Shown here: one piece after another, positions 11,736 through 25,164 of the stretch
How the letters are laid out: every line of letters starts with the position of its first letter
How positions within the stretch are numbered: the first letter of the stretch is position 1
Origin: Mobula hypostoma
Lineage: Eukaryota
NCBI RefSeq assembly: GCF_963921235.1
Contig: NC_086097.1
Span: 210,678,001 to 210,742,000 of the forward strand
DNA length: 64,000 nucleotides
Direction of reading: 5' to 3'
Notes under the pieces: generated by a model
What the model was told of the DNA's origin: nothing
What the model saw: only the letters and a program-made list of their open reading frames with translations
Databases searched by the model: none
Position numbers and translations under genes: made by a program

Positions 11736-14146
11736 CATTTTAAAATTATCCGCTGACTCTCAGTGATTTGCCCACTGCCAGTGTCAGTCTGTCTGGCCTG
11801 TAGCTACTCGGATTATTCTTGACAAGCACAAGAGATTCTGAGATGCTGGAAGTACAGTGCCCCACACACAAAATCACAAAATGTTGGATGAACTCAGCAC
11901 TTCAAACAGCATAGATGGAAAGGAATAAACAGTCAACATTTCGGGCCAGGACCCTTCATCAAGTCTGGAAAGGAAGGAAACAGATGCCAGAGTAAGTAGG
12001 AGGGGGGAGGGAAAGGAGTACCAGATAGAGGGTGACGGGTGAAGCCAGGTGGGTGGTATAGGTGAGGAGAAGAGGTAAGGAGGGCAGAATGGGGAAGTGA
12101 GGAACAGGGAAGAGGAAGGGGGAACATGTACCAAAATTGGAAAAATCAACGTGCATGCCATCAGGTTGTAAGATATCTAGGAGTATAAGGTGTTACTCTC
12201 ATTGTGACAGAAGAGAAAGCCATGGACTGACACAGGGATTGGAATTAAAATGGTTGGCCACTGGGAAATACTGCTTTATGCGGGTGGAACAAGGGTGCTT
12301 ATACAAAGCAGTCCCCCAATCTACGTCGGTCTCACCGAGTAGAGGAGGCTGCATCGGGAGCACTGGATTTGGTAGATGATCCCATCAGATTCTCAAGTGA
12401 AGCGTTGCCTCACCTGGAAGGACTGTCTGGGGCCCTGAACGAAGGTGAGGGAGAAGGTGAGTGGTCAAATCTCGCAGTTCTGCCGTTTGAACTTTGAACT
12501 TTGCAGGGATAAGTGTCAGAGGTTGATTAGCGGGGAGAGATAAATGAACAAGGAAATCACGGAGGGAATGATCCTGAGGAAAGCAGAGAGTGGAGAGAGT
12601 GTTTGGTTGTAGTGTCCCATTGAAGTTGGCTGAAGTTGTAGAGAATGATGTATTAGATGCAGAGGCTCATGGGGTGACAAGATGAACTCTATCCCATTTA
12701 AGGAGGTGGGAAGATGAGGTGAGCGCAGGTGTCTGGGGGCTGGAGGAGATGTGGGGGAGTACAGCATTAATGGTAGAGGAAGGGAAACACTGTTCTTTGA
12801 AGGAGAAGGACATAACACCAAAAGATATAGGAGCAGAATTAGGCCATTTAGCCCACTGAGTCTGCTCTGCCATTTCATCATGGCTGATCGAATTTTCCTC
12901 TCAGCCCCAATTCCCTGCCTTCTCCCTATATTCCTTCATGGTTTGACCAATCAAGAATCTATCAATTTCTGCCTTAAGAATCCAAAAAGACTTGGCTTCC
13001 ACAGCTGCCTGTGGCAAAGAATTCTACACATTCACCATTTTCTGGCTAAAGAAATTCCTCCTCATATCTGATCTAAAAGGCTGTTTTCTGGCCTTACACT
13101 CTCCCACCATAAGAAACATCCTCTCCACAATCACTCTATCAAGGCCTTTCACCATTTGATAGGTTTCATGATGTCACCCCTCATTCTTCTGAATTTCAGT
13201 GACTACAGGCCCAGAGCCATCAGGAACTCTTCACATGACAAGTCATTCAATCCTGGAATCATTTTCATGAACTTCCTTTGAACCCTTTCCAATTTCAGCA
13301 CGTCCTTTCTAAGATAAGGGATCCAAAACTGCTCACAATACTCCAAGTGAGGCCTCACCAGTGTTTTATAAAGTTTCAACATTACATCCTTGCTTTTATA
13401 TTCCAGTCCTCTTGAAATGAATGCTAACATTGCATTTGCCTTCCTCACCACAGACGCTGCATTCCATTGGCCATTTCTTTGTGCAATCTCCTAATCTGTC
13501 TGAGTCCTTCTGTAGCCTCTCCACTTCCTTAAAACTCCATCTATCTTCATATTATCTGCAAATTTTACAACAAAGCCATTCATTCCAACATTCAAATCAT
13601 TGACATATAAATTAAAAAAGAATTGGTCCCATCACAGACCTCTGTGGAATCCCACTAGTCACTAGCAGCCAACACAAAAAGGATCCCTTTATTCCCACTC
13701 TTTGCTGCCTGTCTATCAGCCACTGCTTTATCCATGCTAGAATCTTTCCTGTAATACCATGGGCTCATAGCTGTTTCAGCAGCCTCATGTGCAGCATCTT
13801 GTCAAAGGCCTTCTAAAAATCCAAGTGCACAACATCAGACCATTTCCCTTTTGTCTATCCTGATCGTTATTTCTTTAAAGAATTCCAACAGATTTGTTAG
13901 GCAAGGTTTTCCCTTGAGGAAACCATGTTGGCTATGGCCTATTTTATCATGTGCCTCTAAGTATCCTGAGACCTTGTCCTTAATAATCGACTCCAACATC
14001 TTCCCAACCATTGACATCAGACTAACTGGCTTATAGTTTTCTTTCTTCTGCCTCTCTCCCTTCTTGAAGAGTGCAGTGACGTTTGTAATTTTTCTGTCTT
14101 CTGGAACCATTCCAGAATCGTGCGATTATTGAAGGATCATTACTAT

Positions 14147-15348
14147 TATATCACCCTGGTTCATGTTTTTACTGTTATGCTGTATGTATTTCATGGTGAA
14201 AGTTCTGTAAGGGCAGCTTGTTTTCATCTTGTTTGGGTTATTATTGAAGATAAGAGATGAGGAGAAATGTGTGCTATCCATTTAGGATGGTTGAATCAAA
14301 GGGAGGTTTCTCTGGTGAGGGTCACTTAGGTGGGGCTTGGGGCTTTTGTCTGGCGGGAGATGAAGAAAGAAGATGCTGGGGAGAATCAGTCGTAGCATCT
14401 GATCTGGTGGGAAACCCATTTGTTCGAGATGGATTGCTAGCAACGTTCAGAAGGTGGTGTGGGCATTCAGGCTGACGGAGGGCCCAGCGCGTGAGTGACA
14501 AAGAAGTTCAAGATGAGTTCCAACTTGTGCACATTTGGCTGTTTAATTAGAATGGGCCCTTTTCTTTTTATTGTTCTTTAATAGTCCTCTAGTTAAGTTA
14601 AGATTCACAAATATAATTCCTTTAATCATATGCAGTGCATTGTCAGTTATTTTGTGGTATTAATTTGTAACAGGGTAGCAAATTACACAGCATCCACACA
14701 AACTGAGGTTTTGGGGTGAGTGGGCCGTCTCAATCTCATGAGTTTTGCAGGACTTGATTAAGTTAGATTATGAGGAGACGCAGTCCTCCTTTATTGTCAT
14801 TTAGTAATGCATGTATTAAGAAATGATACAATGTTCCTCCAGAATGATATCACAGAAATACATGACAAACCAAGACAAAAAAAACTGACAAAAACCACAT
14901 AATTATAACATATAGTTACAACAGTGCAAAGCAATATCGTAATTTGATAAAGAACAGACCATGGGCACAGTAAAAAAAAAAGTCTCAAAGTCTCTCGGAA
15001 TTCCCATCACCTCACGCAGACGGTAGAAGGAAGAGAAACTCTCTTCCTGCCATGAACCTCCAGCGCTGCAAACTTGCCGATGCAGCACCCTGGAAGCACC
15101 CGACCACAGCCGACTCTTGAGTCCATACGAAACCTTCGAACCTCCGACCAGCCCTCCGACACCGAGCACCAAGCACCATCTCCGCCGAGTGCTTCGACCC
15201 CGGCCCTGGTAACAGGCAATAGGCAAAGCCCAGGATTTGGGGCCTTCCCCTCCGGAGATTCTCAATCGCACAGTAGCAATGGCAGCGAAACAGGCACTTG
15301 AGGGTGTCTTCTCTAGACTTACGTAGCCGAGGAAACCAGGATGTTTCA
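14147..15348 (+). mobile_element. Solo-LTR-like element (same family as 542-1680), inserted in CR1
   Basis: Colinear with the reverse complement of ~617-1680, ends ...gtttCA, near-TSD ctat/ctaa. The CR1 reads through (gatcatta|ctaatgcctcca) when this is removed. Confidence 0.65.
14759..15295 (-). mobile_element. 5'-truncated copy of the non-autonomous LINE-derived retroposon seen at 25572-26262
   Basis: High visible similarity to 25595-26115; (TCTAA)-type tail; acttga duplicated on both flanks. Confidence 0.75.
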
Positions 15349-18300
15349 CTAATGCCTCCAAGACCTCTTCAGCCACCTTTCAGAACCCTGGGGTGTACAC
15401 TATGTGGTCCAGGTGCCTTATCTACCTTCAGACCTTTCAGTTTCCCAAGAAGCTTATGTCTAGTTATGGTAACTACACACACTTCATGACCCCTGACACC
15501 TGAAACTTCCACCATACCGCTAGTGTCTTCCAGAGTGAAGGTTGATGAAAAATACATTTTGTTCACCATCTCTGTGTTCCCAATTACTACCTCTCCAGCA
15601 TTGTGTTCCAGCGGACTGATAGCCACCCTAGCCTCTCCTTCACACTTTATGTATTTGAAGAAACTTTTGGTATCCTCTTAAATATTATTGGCTGGTTTAC
15701 TTTCGTATTCCATCTTTACTGTCTTAAAGACTATTTTATTTGCCTTCTGTTGGCTTTTGAAAGCTTTCCAATCCTCTAACTTCCCACGAATTTTTGCCCT
15801 ATTATATGCCCTCTCTTTGGCTTTTATTTTGGCTTTGACTTCTCTTGTCAACAACAGTGTGTCATCCTGCCTTTAGAATACTTCTTCCTTTTTTGGATGT
15901 ATATATCCTGTGCCTTCTGAAATTCCAGCCATTGTTTCTCTGCCATCATCCCTGCCAGTGTTCTTTTCCAATGAATTCCAGCCAATTATTCTCTCATGCC
16001 TCGGTAATTCCTTTTACTCCACTGTAATACTGATGCATTTGACTTTAGCTTATCTTTCTTCAATTTCAGGATGAATTAGATCATATTATGATCATTCCCC
16101 TAAGGGTTCTTTTACTTTAAGCTCTCTAATCAATACTGGTTCATTACACAACACCCTATCCAGAATACCTGAACACCTACTGGGCTCAACTACAAAGCCA
16201 CCTTGTAGGCACTCTAGAAACTCCCCCTTGAGCACCAATCTGATTTTCCCAATCTACCTGTATATTGAAGTCCCCCGTGACTATTGTAACATTGCCCTTT
16301 TGGCATGAATTTTCTATCTCCCATTGTAATTCGTAGGCCACATCCTTACTACTATTTGGGGGTCTGTATAAACTCCTACCAAGGATTTTTTATCCTTGCA
16401 GTTCCTTAGTTCTACGCAATAATTCATGGCTTCTGACCCAATGTCACCTCTTTCTAATTATTTGATTTCATTTTTTACCCACAGAGCAACACCACTCCTC
16501 TGCCATCCTGCCTGTCCTTTTGAAACGATGTGTATCCTTGGACATTAAGCTCCCAGTTGTAATCTTCTTTCAGTCATGATTCAGTGATGCCTACATCATT
16601 GCTGTTAATCTGCAACTGTGCTACAAATACATCTACCTTAATCCATATACTGCATGCATTCAAATATATCACCTTCAGTCCTGTATTCACCCTTTATGAT
16701 TTTGTCTGCCCTTTACGTTGCACCTCATCCTGTTGACTGCAATTTTGCCCTAGCAACATCCTCTCCTCACTACTCATTGCCTCTGTTTGTAAGCCAACTA
16801 CCTCATCTTCACATCTTGAGATCACAAACCCGGAGTTCTTTCCTTTTAACTTAACAACTAACTCCATGAACTCCCTGTGCAGAACCTCATCACTTTTCCT
16901 ACCCGTGTCATTGGTACCTGCATGGACCACGACTTCCGGCTGTTCACCATCCCACTTAAGAATGCTGTGGACTTTATCAGAGATGTCCTGGACTTTGGCC
17001 ACCCGGGAGGTAACATACAAATCTCTCCTGTCCATTCCCCTAACTAATGGATCCCTTATTGCCACAGCGTGCCTCTTCTCCCCACTTCCCTTCTGAGTCA
17101 CAGCTAGATTTGGTGCCAGAGACGTGACCACAGTGACTTTCTTCTGTTAGGTCATCACCACCCCCCCAGTATCCAAGGTGAATTACCTGTTGTTGAGGGA
17201 GATAGCCATACGGGTACTCTGCACTGGCTCCCTATCCCCTTTTCCCTTCCTGACTTCATCCAGTTTACTGTATCCTGCACCTTGGGTGGAACTACTTATC
17301 TATACGTCCTATCTATCATCCTTGCAGACTCCCAAATGATCCGGAGTTCATCCAGTTCCAGCTACAACTCCTTAACACAGATTGTTAGAAGCTGCAGCTG
17401 GGTGCACTTCTCGCAGTTGTAGTCATCAGGGACATTGGAGGTCTCCCTGCCTCCCACATCCCGCAACAGGAGCATTTACCTAACTATCCAGACTGGTATC
17501 TCTGCTATCCTAACTAAGCAGATATAAAGAAGGGAAGGGAAAAAAATTAAACTTGAGCTTCTCTTTCTGTTGCTTTCTCTGAGTAATCCCTCTTCTCTTT
17601 GAAGCCTCGGGCAACTAAAGCCTCAAGATCACCACTCTGACTGTCCACTCAGATGACGGCCACTGCGCTTGTCCCTGCCTTCTTTTAATCTGCTCTTGCT
17701 AATCCATCTCAAACACCAGTTGTTCACTGGTCAAAGCTCTTTTTCACTGTGGCTACCCGCTGCTGCGTTTTGTACTCGGGCAGTGGACCTGATCGAAGTC
17801 CCCTCCTCTCAAAACTTCCGATGTCCAGATTGGCCACTGGTCAAAGCATCTCTGATGTCCTAGAAAGGACATCCTCATCCTGGGAACAGGTGCGGTGGAG
17901 ATGAAGGGAATGAGAAAAGGCAGTGGCATTTTTACAGGAAAAAGGTGGGAAGTGGTATAGTCAAGATAGCTGTGGGAATCGGCAGGTTTATAAAAGATAT
18001 CAGTAGACAGTTTGTCCCAGAGATGGAGACAGAGAGATGAAGAGGGAGGTGTCAGAAATGGACCAAATGAATTTAAGGGCAGAGTGGAAGGTGGAGGCAA
18101 AGTTGATGAAATTGACGCATTCAGCATGGATGCATGAAGCAGCAACAATGTAGTCATCAATGTTGTGCAGAAAGAGTTGGGGAGCATTATCAGGGAAGGC
18201 TTGGAACATAGACCGTTCCACATTGTCATCAAAAAAGCAGGCACAGCTGTGGTCCATGCAGGCGCCCATGGCTACCTTTTGAGTTTGGAGAAAGTGGGAG

Positions 18301-18949
18301 GAACTAAAAGAGAAATTGTTGAAGGCGAGGACCAGTTTCGCCAGATGGAGGAGTGTGGTGGTGGAGGGAAACAGTTTAAGTCTGATATCGAAAAAGAAGC
18401 TGAGAGGTTTAAGACCTTCTCGTTTTGAGATAGAATCTTTTTAAAAAGAACTTGATGATTATTAAAAAAGCATTAAGCATAATAATCTCCCAAAAGGCTT
18501 CAGAATCATTTTATTATTACTTTCTCCTGCCCTCTGGATGTTCTCGTAGATCACGATTTTGAGACAGATCATATATATTCAGAGAAAGAAAGAAAGGTTG
18601 CCTAATTTAAGTCTGACGGTCAGATGAGTCAGCAGCAGGCACTGTGGTTCATGCACACTGAGAAGTATATGAATGCATCTCTGCAGGTAAGAGTTGATCT
18701 TGAGCTTCTCATCCATTTTCCTCCATTTTCCACACCAAACCTACTCCAACAGGTAGCACAGAGGTTGCAAATCTAGACTAAGGTTCACAGTTCTCTACTA
18801 GTTTTTGTGGTTTCCTCCATTTAGCTTCCTTTGGTGTGCGTCCGGATAAAAAATCTAATTTGAGACTGCAGTTTTATAATAGTTAGATTTTATTCCAGAT
18901 TAACCATTTTAAAGTGCGTCTGACAGCATCTTAAAGAGCTGTGGATAGT

Positions 18950-19240
18950 CAGAGACTTTTCGCAGGGTGTTAATGGCTAATATGAGGGGGCTTAATTTTG
19001 AGCTGATTGGAGGAAAGTATAGAGGAATGTCCGAGGCACATTTTTTGACACAGAGAGTGCTGGGTGCATGGAACACCATGCCGGGGTAGTGGTAGAGGCA
19101 AAAACATTAGGGGCACTTAAGAAACTCTTAGAGGGGTACATGGATGATAGAAAAAATTGAGTACGATGCAGGACAGAAGATTTAGTATGTTAAGTTGGTA
19201 TAATATTGTAGCCTGAAGGGCCTGTACTGTACTGTTCTAT
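18950..19240 (+). mobile_element. CR1 3' fragment
   Basis: MANMRGLNF.LIGGKYRG..FFTQRV.GAWN; homologous to 7351-7700. Confidence 0.7.
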
Positions 19241-19324
19241 GATAAAATTTGTAATGGCATTTTGTATGATTAGTAAAGGAATTCATTGCTCTGTGTCTGT
19301 ATACAGACCTTAACACTTCTGGTT

Positions 19325-20088
19325 TAAAATGGTGCTGCTAAAACATAGTGATGCCTCACTGTCAGCAAACAGATCTACTACTTACTCTGTTAGTCATACT
19401 TCTTCTGGACAATGTTGCTGAAATTAATAGTCTGTAACTTCCCTTTTGGGGCTGAGCTTTTGAACTACCTGTGTGACCCGACGTTTTTGCAGTGTGAACT
19501 GAAGTCTTGAAGGTACAAGACGGTTACAGTGATGTATACGGGCCCGATTGAAATTGCAGGGCCTGGGCCCCACAGTGATGAATGTGCCAGTATTCCGCCA
19601 TTTCTGGAGCAGGTTTGGAGCCAATTTGAAATGGTGGGTCGGAGGTGAGCCAAGTCGAGACAGTGGGCCCAAGCCCGAAAGCAAGGAATGAGCCAATGTT
19701 TGCTGGGACAGATTGGAAAGGTCAGGATGTCGGGGACAGAGGCGAGGGGCTGGCCAGCATTCAGTTTGCTGCTCAGCGAGATTTATTCATCTCTGTACTG
19801 AACTGATGCTGTGGCCTGCAACTAATGAGCTCCTGGACCAGCTGTAGTGATGACTGGATTCGTGGCTGTGAACTGATTTTCATGAAGCTTAGCTTTGAAT
19901 ATTATTTGCTTACTTTTAGTTCTTTGCAGGATTGTTCTTTTTTTTGCACATTGGATTTTTGACAGTTTTCTTTCTTAATGGGTTGTATTGGATTTCTTTT
20001 TTGTGGCTGTCTGCAAGGAGACAAATCTCAAGGTTGTATATAGTATACATACTTTGATAATAAATGTACTTAGAACTTTGAACTTTAA
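19325..20088 (+). mobile_element. Non-coding retroposon with a Rex/Babar-type 3' tail
   Basis: Starts aaaatggtgctgc (decayed AAGATGGCG-like head), has a GC-richer non-coding body, and ends aatctcaaggttgtata...aataaatgtacttagaactttgaacttt like the LINE 3' ends. Confidence 0.5.
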
Positions 20089-21464
20089 CACTTATAATCG
20101 GAATATTGTCCTTTAAAATATTGAGAATCTTGTGCATTAAGTCTAAATCATTTAAAGCTTGATCTTTCATCATTATCCAATTCCTACTGGTTTTGTAAAT
20201 CATGGTGGATTTGAAAAGCATTTGAAATCTCTCTTGCTGTCTTTATCTAATGAATAATGCACAGGTGGAGCAGAGATTAGACAAAAGATCTAAGACTCCT
20301 ACTGGCTATTGAGAAAAGTAGCTTTAATGAGCTTGAATGCAACAGAAATCAAATGTCAGAGTGTGACTATTACTGCAGAATGTAGGCACCACGCAAACTC
20401 TCAAGCGAAAGTGGAACATGACAAAGTCTCCCAGCAGTCTCAAACCAGTTTTCAAATTCATAAAAGATCTATAGTTGCTGCTTTCCATGGACTTGTTTAC
20501 ATGTCAGTAAAGGGTTTATTAAAGGCATGCTGTCTAATGAAGAAATGATCTGCAAACTTGTTTTTTGTAGAAGTCATGTAATGTTGTAGTGAACCATGAT
20601 CTACGTCTTGATTATTTAAACCAAAAGCGAAAACAAGTTGTTTGCATTTTATGGCTGACTTGCCAGTGGTTGCAACAGCATTTTAAAACTCAGGCATTCT
20701 GACCTTGAGATCCAAGTTACTGAAATAAATGCTGCTTAATCTCCCTGCCTCCTTTGACAATTAATGAAATATTTGTACTAATAGATGGATTCTGTTGCAG
20801 TGAAGAATAATCCAAGGAAGTTAATTCTACAGTGTGAATAAAGAACATTTGGCTTCTTCCAATAGGCCATTGTCAGTAGAGGCATTGTGGTTTGTAATTA
20901 AATCATTAATTATGTTGTTTCAATATCAGCACAGATTGTGGATTCCAATGATTCAACTCTAGCTGATAAAGTTCCAGTCTTCCAATAACTCTAATTTAAT
21001 ACAGAAGAATAGGGCTAAATTGAATGGTTTTGGAAAATATCTACCATGATAGGGTGAAATTCCTGCCAATTTGAAACAATTCATGACAAATACAAACATC
21101 GTACTATGACCTTGCTTACATGACTTCAGCAAACTAACGACATTAACTGTACTGTTGTATTGCCTTGTTCAGTGCTGTTGAATTCAATTTCCTGAGTGAT
21201 TAGCATCCATTCAAACTCCTTATGATTAAAGTTACATTACGCTTCTTAAAGGTGATGTGCATTTTGACTGCAACTGGTTGTAGAAGTCACTCTAAATACC
21301 TTGCCAGCAGAGTGTAAGGAAGGGGATCTGGTTTAAAACACATTCCCAGAGGGTTAAGTGGCTGGGATTGAGTGAAGAACGAAGTGCTCTGGCGACAGTA
21401 ACTTAAGAAGCCTCCAGACACCGGTTATGGCAGTGGAGGAAACAGCAGTAATGGTTTATGATAA

Positions 21465-23180
21465 GACCATAAGACATAAGAGCAACATTAAAACGTTTGG
21501 CCCATAAAATCTACCCTACCATTCCATCATGGCTGATTTATTTTTCCTCTCAACCCTATTTTCCTGCCCTCTCCCCATAACCTATGATGCTCTGACTAAT
21601 AAACAATCTATCAACCTCCGCTTTAAATATCCCTAATACTTGGCCTCCACAGTCATCAGTGGCAACGAATTCCACAGATTCACCACTCACTGTCTAAAGA
21701 AACTCCTCTTCAACCCTGATCTAAATGGACGTCCCTCTATTTTCACCGTTGCCCTCTGGTCCTAGACTCAACCACTATAGGAAACATCCTCTCCACATCC
21801 AATCTATCTAGGCCTTTCAATATTCAATATGTTTCAATGAGATCCCTCCACTTTCTTCTAAACTCTAGCAAGTATACACCCAAAGCCAGAAAACACTTTG
21901 TTAACCTTTTCAGTCCCAGAATCATTCTCATGTACCTCGACTGAACCCTTCCAATGCCAGCGCACATTTTCTTAGATAAGAGGCTGAAAACTTCTCACAA
22001 CACTCCAAATGTGGTTGGACCAATGTCTTATAAAACCTTGGAATACCAACTGCACCATCCTCAGCCCTATCACTCTGGTGCCATTCCTCTGCCAAGTTAG
22101 TTTAAACTCTCCCCAACAGCTCTAGCAAATCTGCCACAAGGATAACCCATTCTTTTTGTACAGGTCACACCTTCCCCAGAGGAGATCCCAATGATCCAGA
22201 AAAGTTAAACCTTGTCCCTTCTCCAGTTCCCCAGCCACACATTCATCTGCCAAATTATTCTATCCTTACCCTCACCCGCTCATGCACAGGCAGCAATCCA
22301 GAGATAACTACCCTTGATGTCCTGCTTTTCAGCTTTCTACCTATCTCCCTATATTCTCTCTTCAGGACCTCAGGACCTACCTATGTCGTTGGTACCGATA
22401 TGTATCATGAGTTTCAGCTGTTCACCCTCCCTCTTTAGAATGCTGTGAGCCTGATCCAAGACTTCCCTAACCCTGGCACCTCGAAGGCAACGTATTATTC
22501 AGGTGTCTTTTTCACATCTACGGAGTCTCCTGTCTGCTCCTCTAACTATGGAATCCTTTATCACTGCTGTACTCTTCTTCTGCCCCCCCCCCACTTTCCT
22601 TCTGAGCCACAGAGCCAGACTTGGTCCTAGAGACTAGGTTGTCATGGCTTCCCCCTGGGAGGGTACCCTCTAGCAGTATCCAAATTGGTGTATTTATTAT
22701 TGAGGGGAATGGCTATGGGGATACTCTGCGTTGGCTACCTATTTCCTTTCACTTTCCTGACACTGATTCAGCTACCTGCGTCTTGCAACTTAGGGACGAC
22801 TATCCCCCCTGTGGGTCCTATCTATCACCTCCTCATTCTCCTGTATGAGCAGAAGGTCATCCAGTTGCAGCTCCAGTTTCCTAACATGGTCTCTAAGGAG
22901 CTGCAGCTCAATGCGCCTTGTGCAGATGTAGTAATCAGGGTGACAGGAGGTCTCCCAGAGTTCCTACATCTCACACAAACATGCCAATAACCCTGGATCC
23001 ATTCTCACCACACTAGCTATGTATTAACAGACAAATAAAGAAGAAAAAGCTTACTAGAAACTTACCTAGAGCCTTTGCCTCTTCTCACCCAAATCTCTCA
23101 AGCTGAAGCCTGACCAACACTGGCCCACTCACACTATGGTCGCTCCCACAATGGCTACCTCATTCACACCTCACTTCTTT
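21465..23180 (-). mobile_element. CR1 with a large internal deletion (ORF1 region joined to the ORF2 3' end)
   Basis: Tail at 21465, ORF2 C-terminus to ~22040, then ORF1-like sequence (homologous to 34220-35140) from ~22050 to 23180. Confidence 0.7.
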
Positions 23181-25164
23181 TTACTGGCCTTTGTAAATGG
23201 GTCTTTTTAAACTTCGTGCTGCCTCTCCCACTAGTGAATGCTCGCAATGATTGCAGCATGTGAATAAGTCCTGAAAGACCGAAAGTATCCAACTCCAGCA
23301 ACATGACATAAAATTGTAATGAGTTTGATGTGCTCTGGTACATGAGCAAATTCAATTATTGAATCCCAGTTTCTACGAACTGAATTATTGGCTTCATACA
23401 TCCTCCACGTTGCCATCACTCATCTACCAATAATGTAAATCAATCAGATTTGGAACACAGTATTCTTAGGTCCCATACACCATGACACACCAAACACCAC
23501 TTCAAGTCTTACACTACACACCACTGTATGGATATACTATAAACTATTCAAACAATGACAGCATTTGTGTGCAGAACTTATGATCACTATTCCCTCTTCT
23601 TACAAATGAAAACACCAGCAACAAGCTGGTGATAGATGAGTTCTACTCTCTGGGTCATCTTGAAGGATGGATTATTGGTTACGCTGCAGTGTTCGTACAA
23701 AGTCCATAGCCAGTAGCATTTTGGAAACCACTGAAGACAATGTTCTACATTCCACTAATCTTTATTTCTCACTTATTTGTTATCTTGCACTTCTGAATAT
23801 TCTGATAGTATTAACATCTACTTCTTACTTGATTCCCATCTTTTCACCACAATCGCACCTATCCTGATCTCTTCATTCTTTCAGAAAACCACAGGGGTCA
23901 GGTGTGGCACAAAGAAGTCTCATCACTTGACCTGACCTTGCATTTACAGCTGTTGACATGTTCTGGAACTGATGCAACACTTGCCGTCAACATTAACTTA
24001 CAGGTGACATGAAGGGCCACAACACGTAGCGTTGATGAAAGGGGCCGGGGGGCACATCAGAGGGTTAAGTCCTCATTTGAGTTTTGCAGTGAACCATTAA
24101 GATGTACGTAGATCTTGTAGGGCAGCTGCAGAAGAATAATAGGCATGCAAAATAACAGGCTTGCCAGAAAGCTCCTGTGAAATGTAATGGAGCACAGAGT
24201 ATCTACAAGGTACTGTTTCCAGTTAAGAATTAGCCAGTATCATATCAACAGATGAAGACCTATCCCTCATGCAGTATCTGTTGGTCATTACCTCAGATTC
24301 TAATGCAACACAACCATGCCCCACTGCTCCACTGTTCATCTTTATATCCCTCCTGCTTATCTCCCAGTGTATATTAAAGATTATCTTTAAAGCACACATA
24401 AGGTTACTGTATGTATCTGTATTTTTGTTTTTAAACAACAAAACATAATCAGCCATTAACTATCCCATTAACCTTATTGCAGGTATATTCCCTTTATTGA
24501 TCTATCCTTCTTGCTGTCTCCTCTGCAGTAAAGTTGCCTTTTCCTTAATCTTACGTTTCCAGTTCTGGCAGAGGACCACATACCTGAACATTAATGTTAT
24601 TTCTCCTCTCACACATTCCCAGTATTTTCTGTTTTCCTTTTTAGTTTCCAACACGTGTAGATACTTTTTTTTCAGGTTATGATCAGATTATTAAGAGCAC
24701 TGGTCCATTCAAATAGGAATAGCTCACAAGGAGCAACATTTGTGCCCTGACCTTAGCAGTCTATTGGCTATCTTGCTGTTGTCAGTCAAACAGCAAGCCT
24801 CAATTGTTGCTCATGCTGAGAGAATTTAATCTAAATCTGAGTCTTCTTTGTGGCACGTGGTTTCCTCTGAAGTCACATACAGCAATTAAGTTTCATGTCA
24901 ATAGATTTTCACTAAGAGTACTGTAGCCACGGGGAGAGCCCTGTGTAGGAACTTTAGAATAGTCAAATCAAATTCAAAGATGGCCACTAAAAGGGGTGCA
25001 CAGGGATATTTATTATAATTATATTAAGGTTACACATGCAAAACTGGAATTGTTAACTGCTGTGAAATTATGTCAACAATTGTGGTCAAGTAAATGCTGA
25101 GACAATCACCAACAGAGCAAAAACATGTTGGCATTTATTTGAATCATACCTTAATAGCGGTCCT

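Larger units (their letters stand above)
12814..17846 (-). mobile_element. Near full-length decayed CR1 (ORF1 zinc finger/esterase + ORF2 EN/RT)
   Basis: ORF1 SGNH-like PEVVVHAGTND at 16694-17131. ORF2 KAPGP..VHPRVLK, VPED.K..NVT.LFKKG, SQHGFLKGKPCLTNLLEFF, LYKTLVRPHLEYC. 3' tail at 12814. Confidence 0.9.
11824..18425 (-). mobile_element. Penelope-like element (RT + GIY-YIG + pLTR), interrupted by the CR1 at 12814-17846
   Basis: RT half at 17847-18425: MG..M..S.AC.F...VE, PQLFLHNIDD, F.STFHSALKF.WSISDTSL, STDIFYKPADSHSYLDY..SH. The 3' half at 11824-12813 has FQVRQRFT and GIY-YIG-like GET..RLG sequence. CAT is duplicated at both CR1 junctions. Confidence 0.85.

Noticed and set aside
18600..18692. 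Exon ending at CAG|GTAAGA
   Set aside because: Good donor, but no clear acceptor or coding signal upstream.
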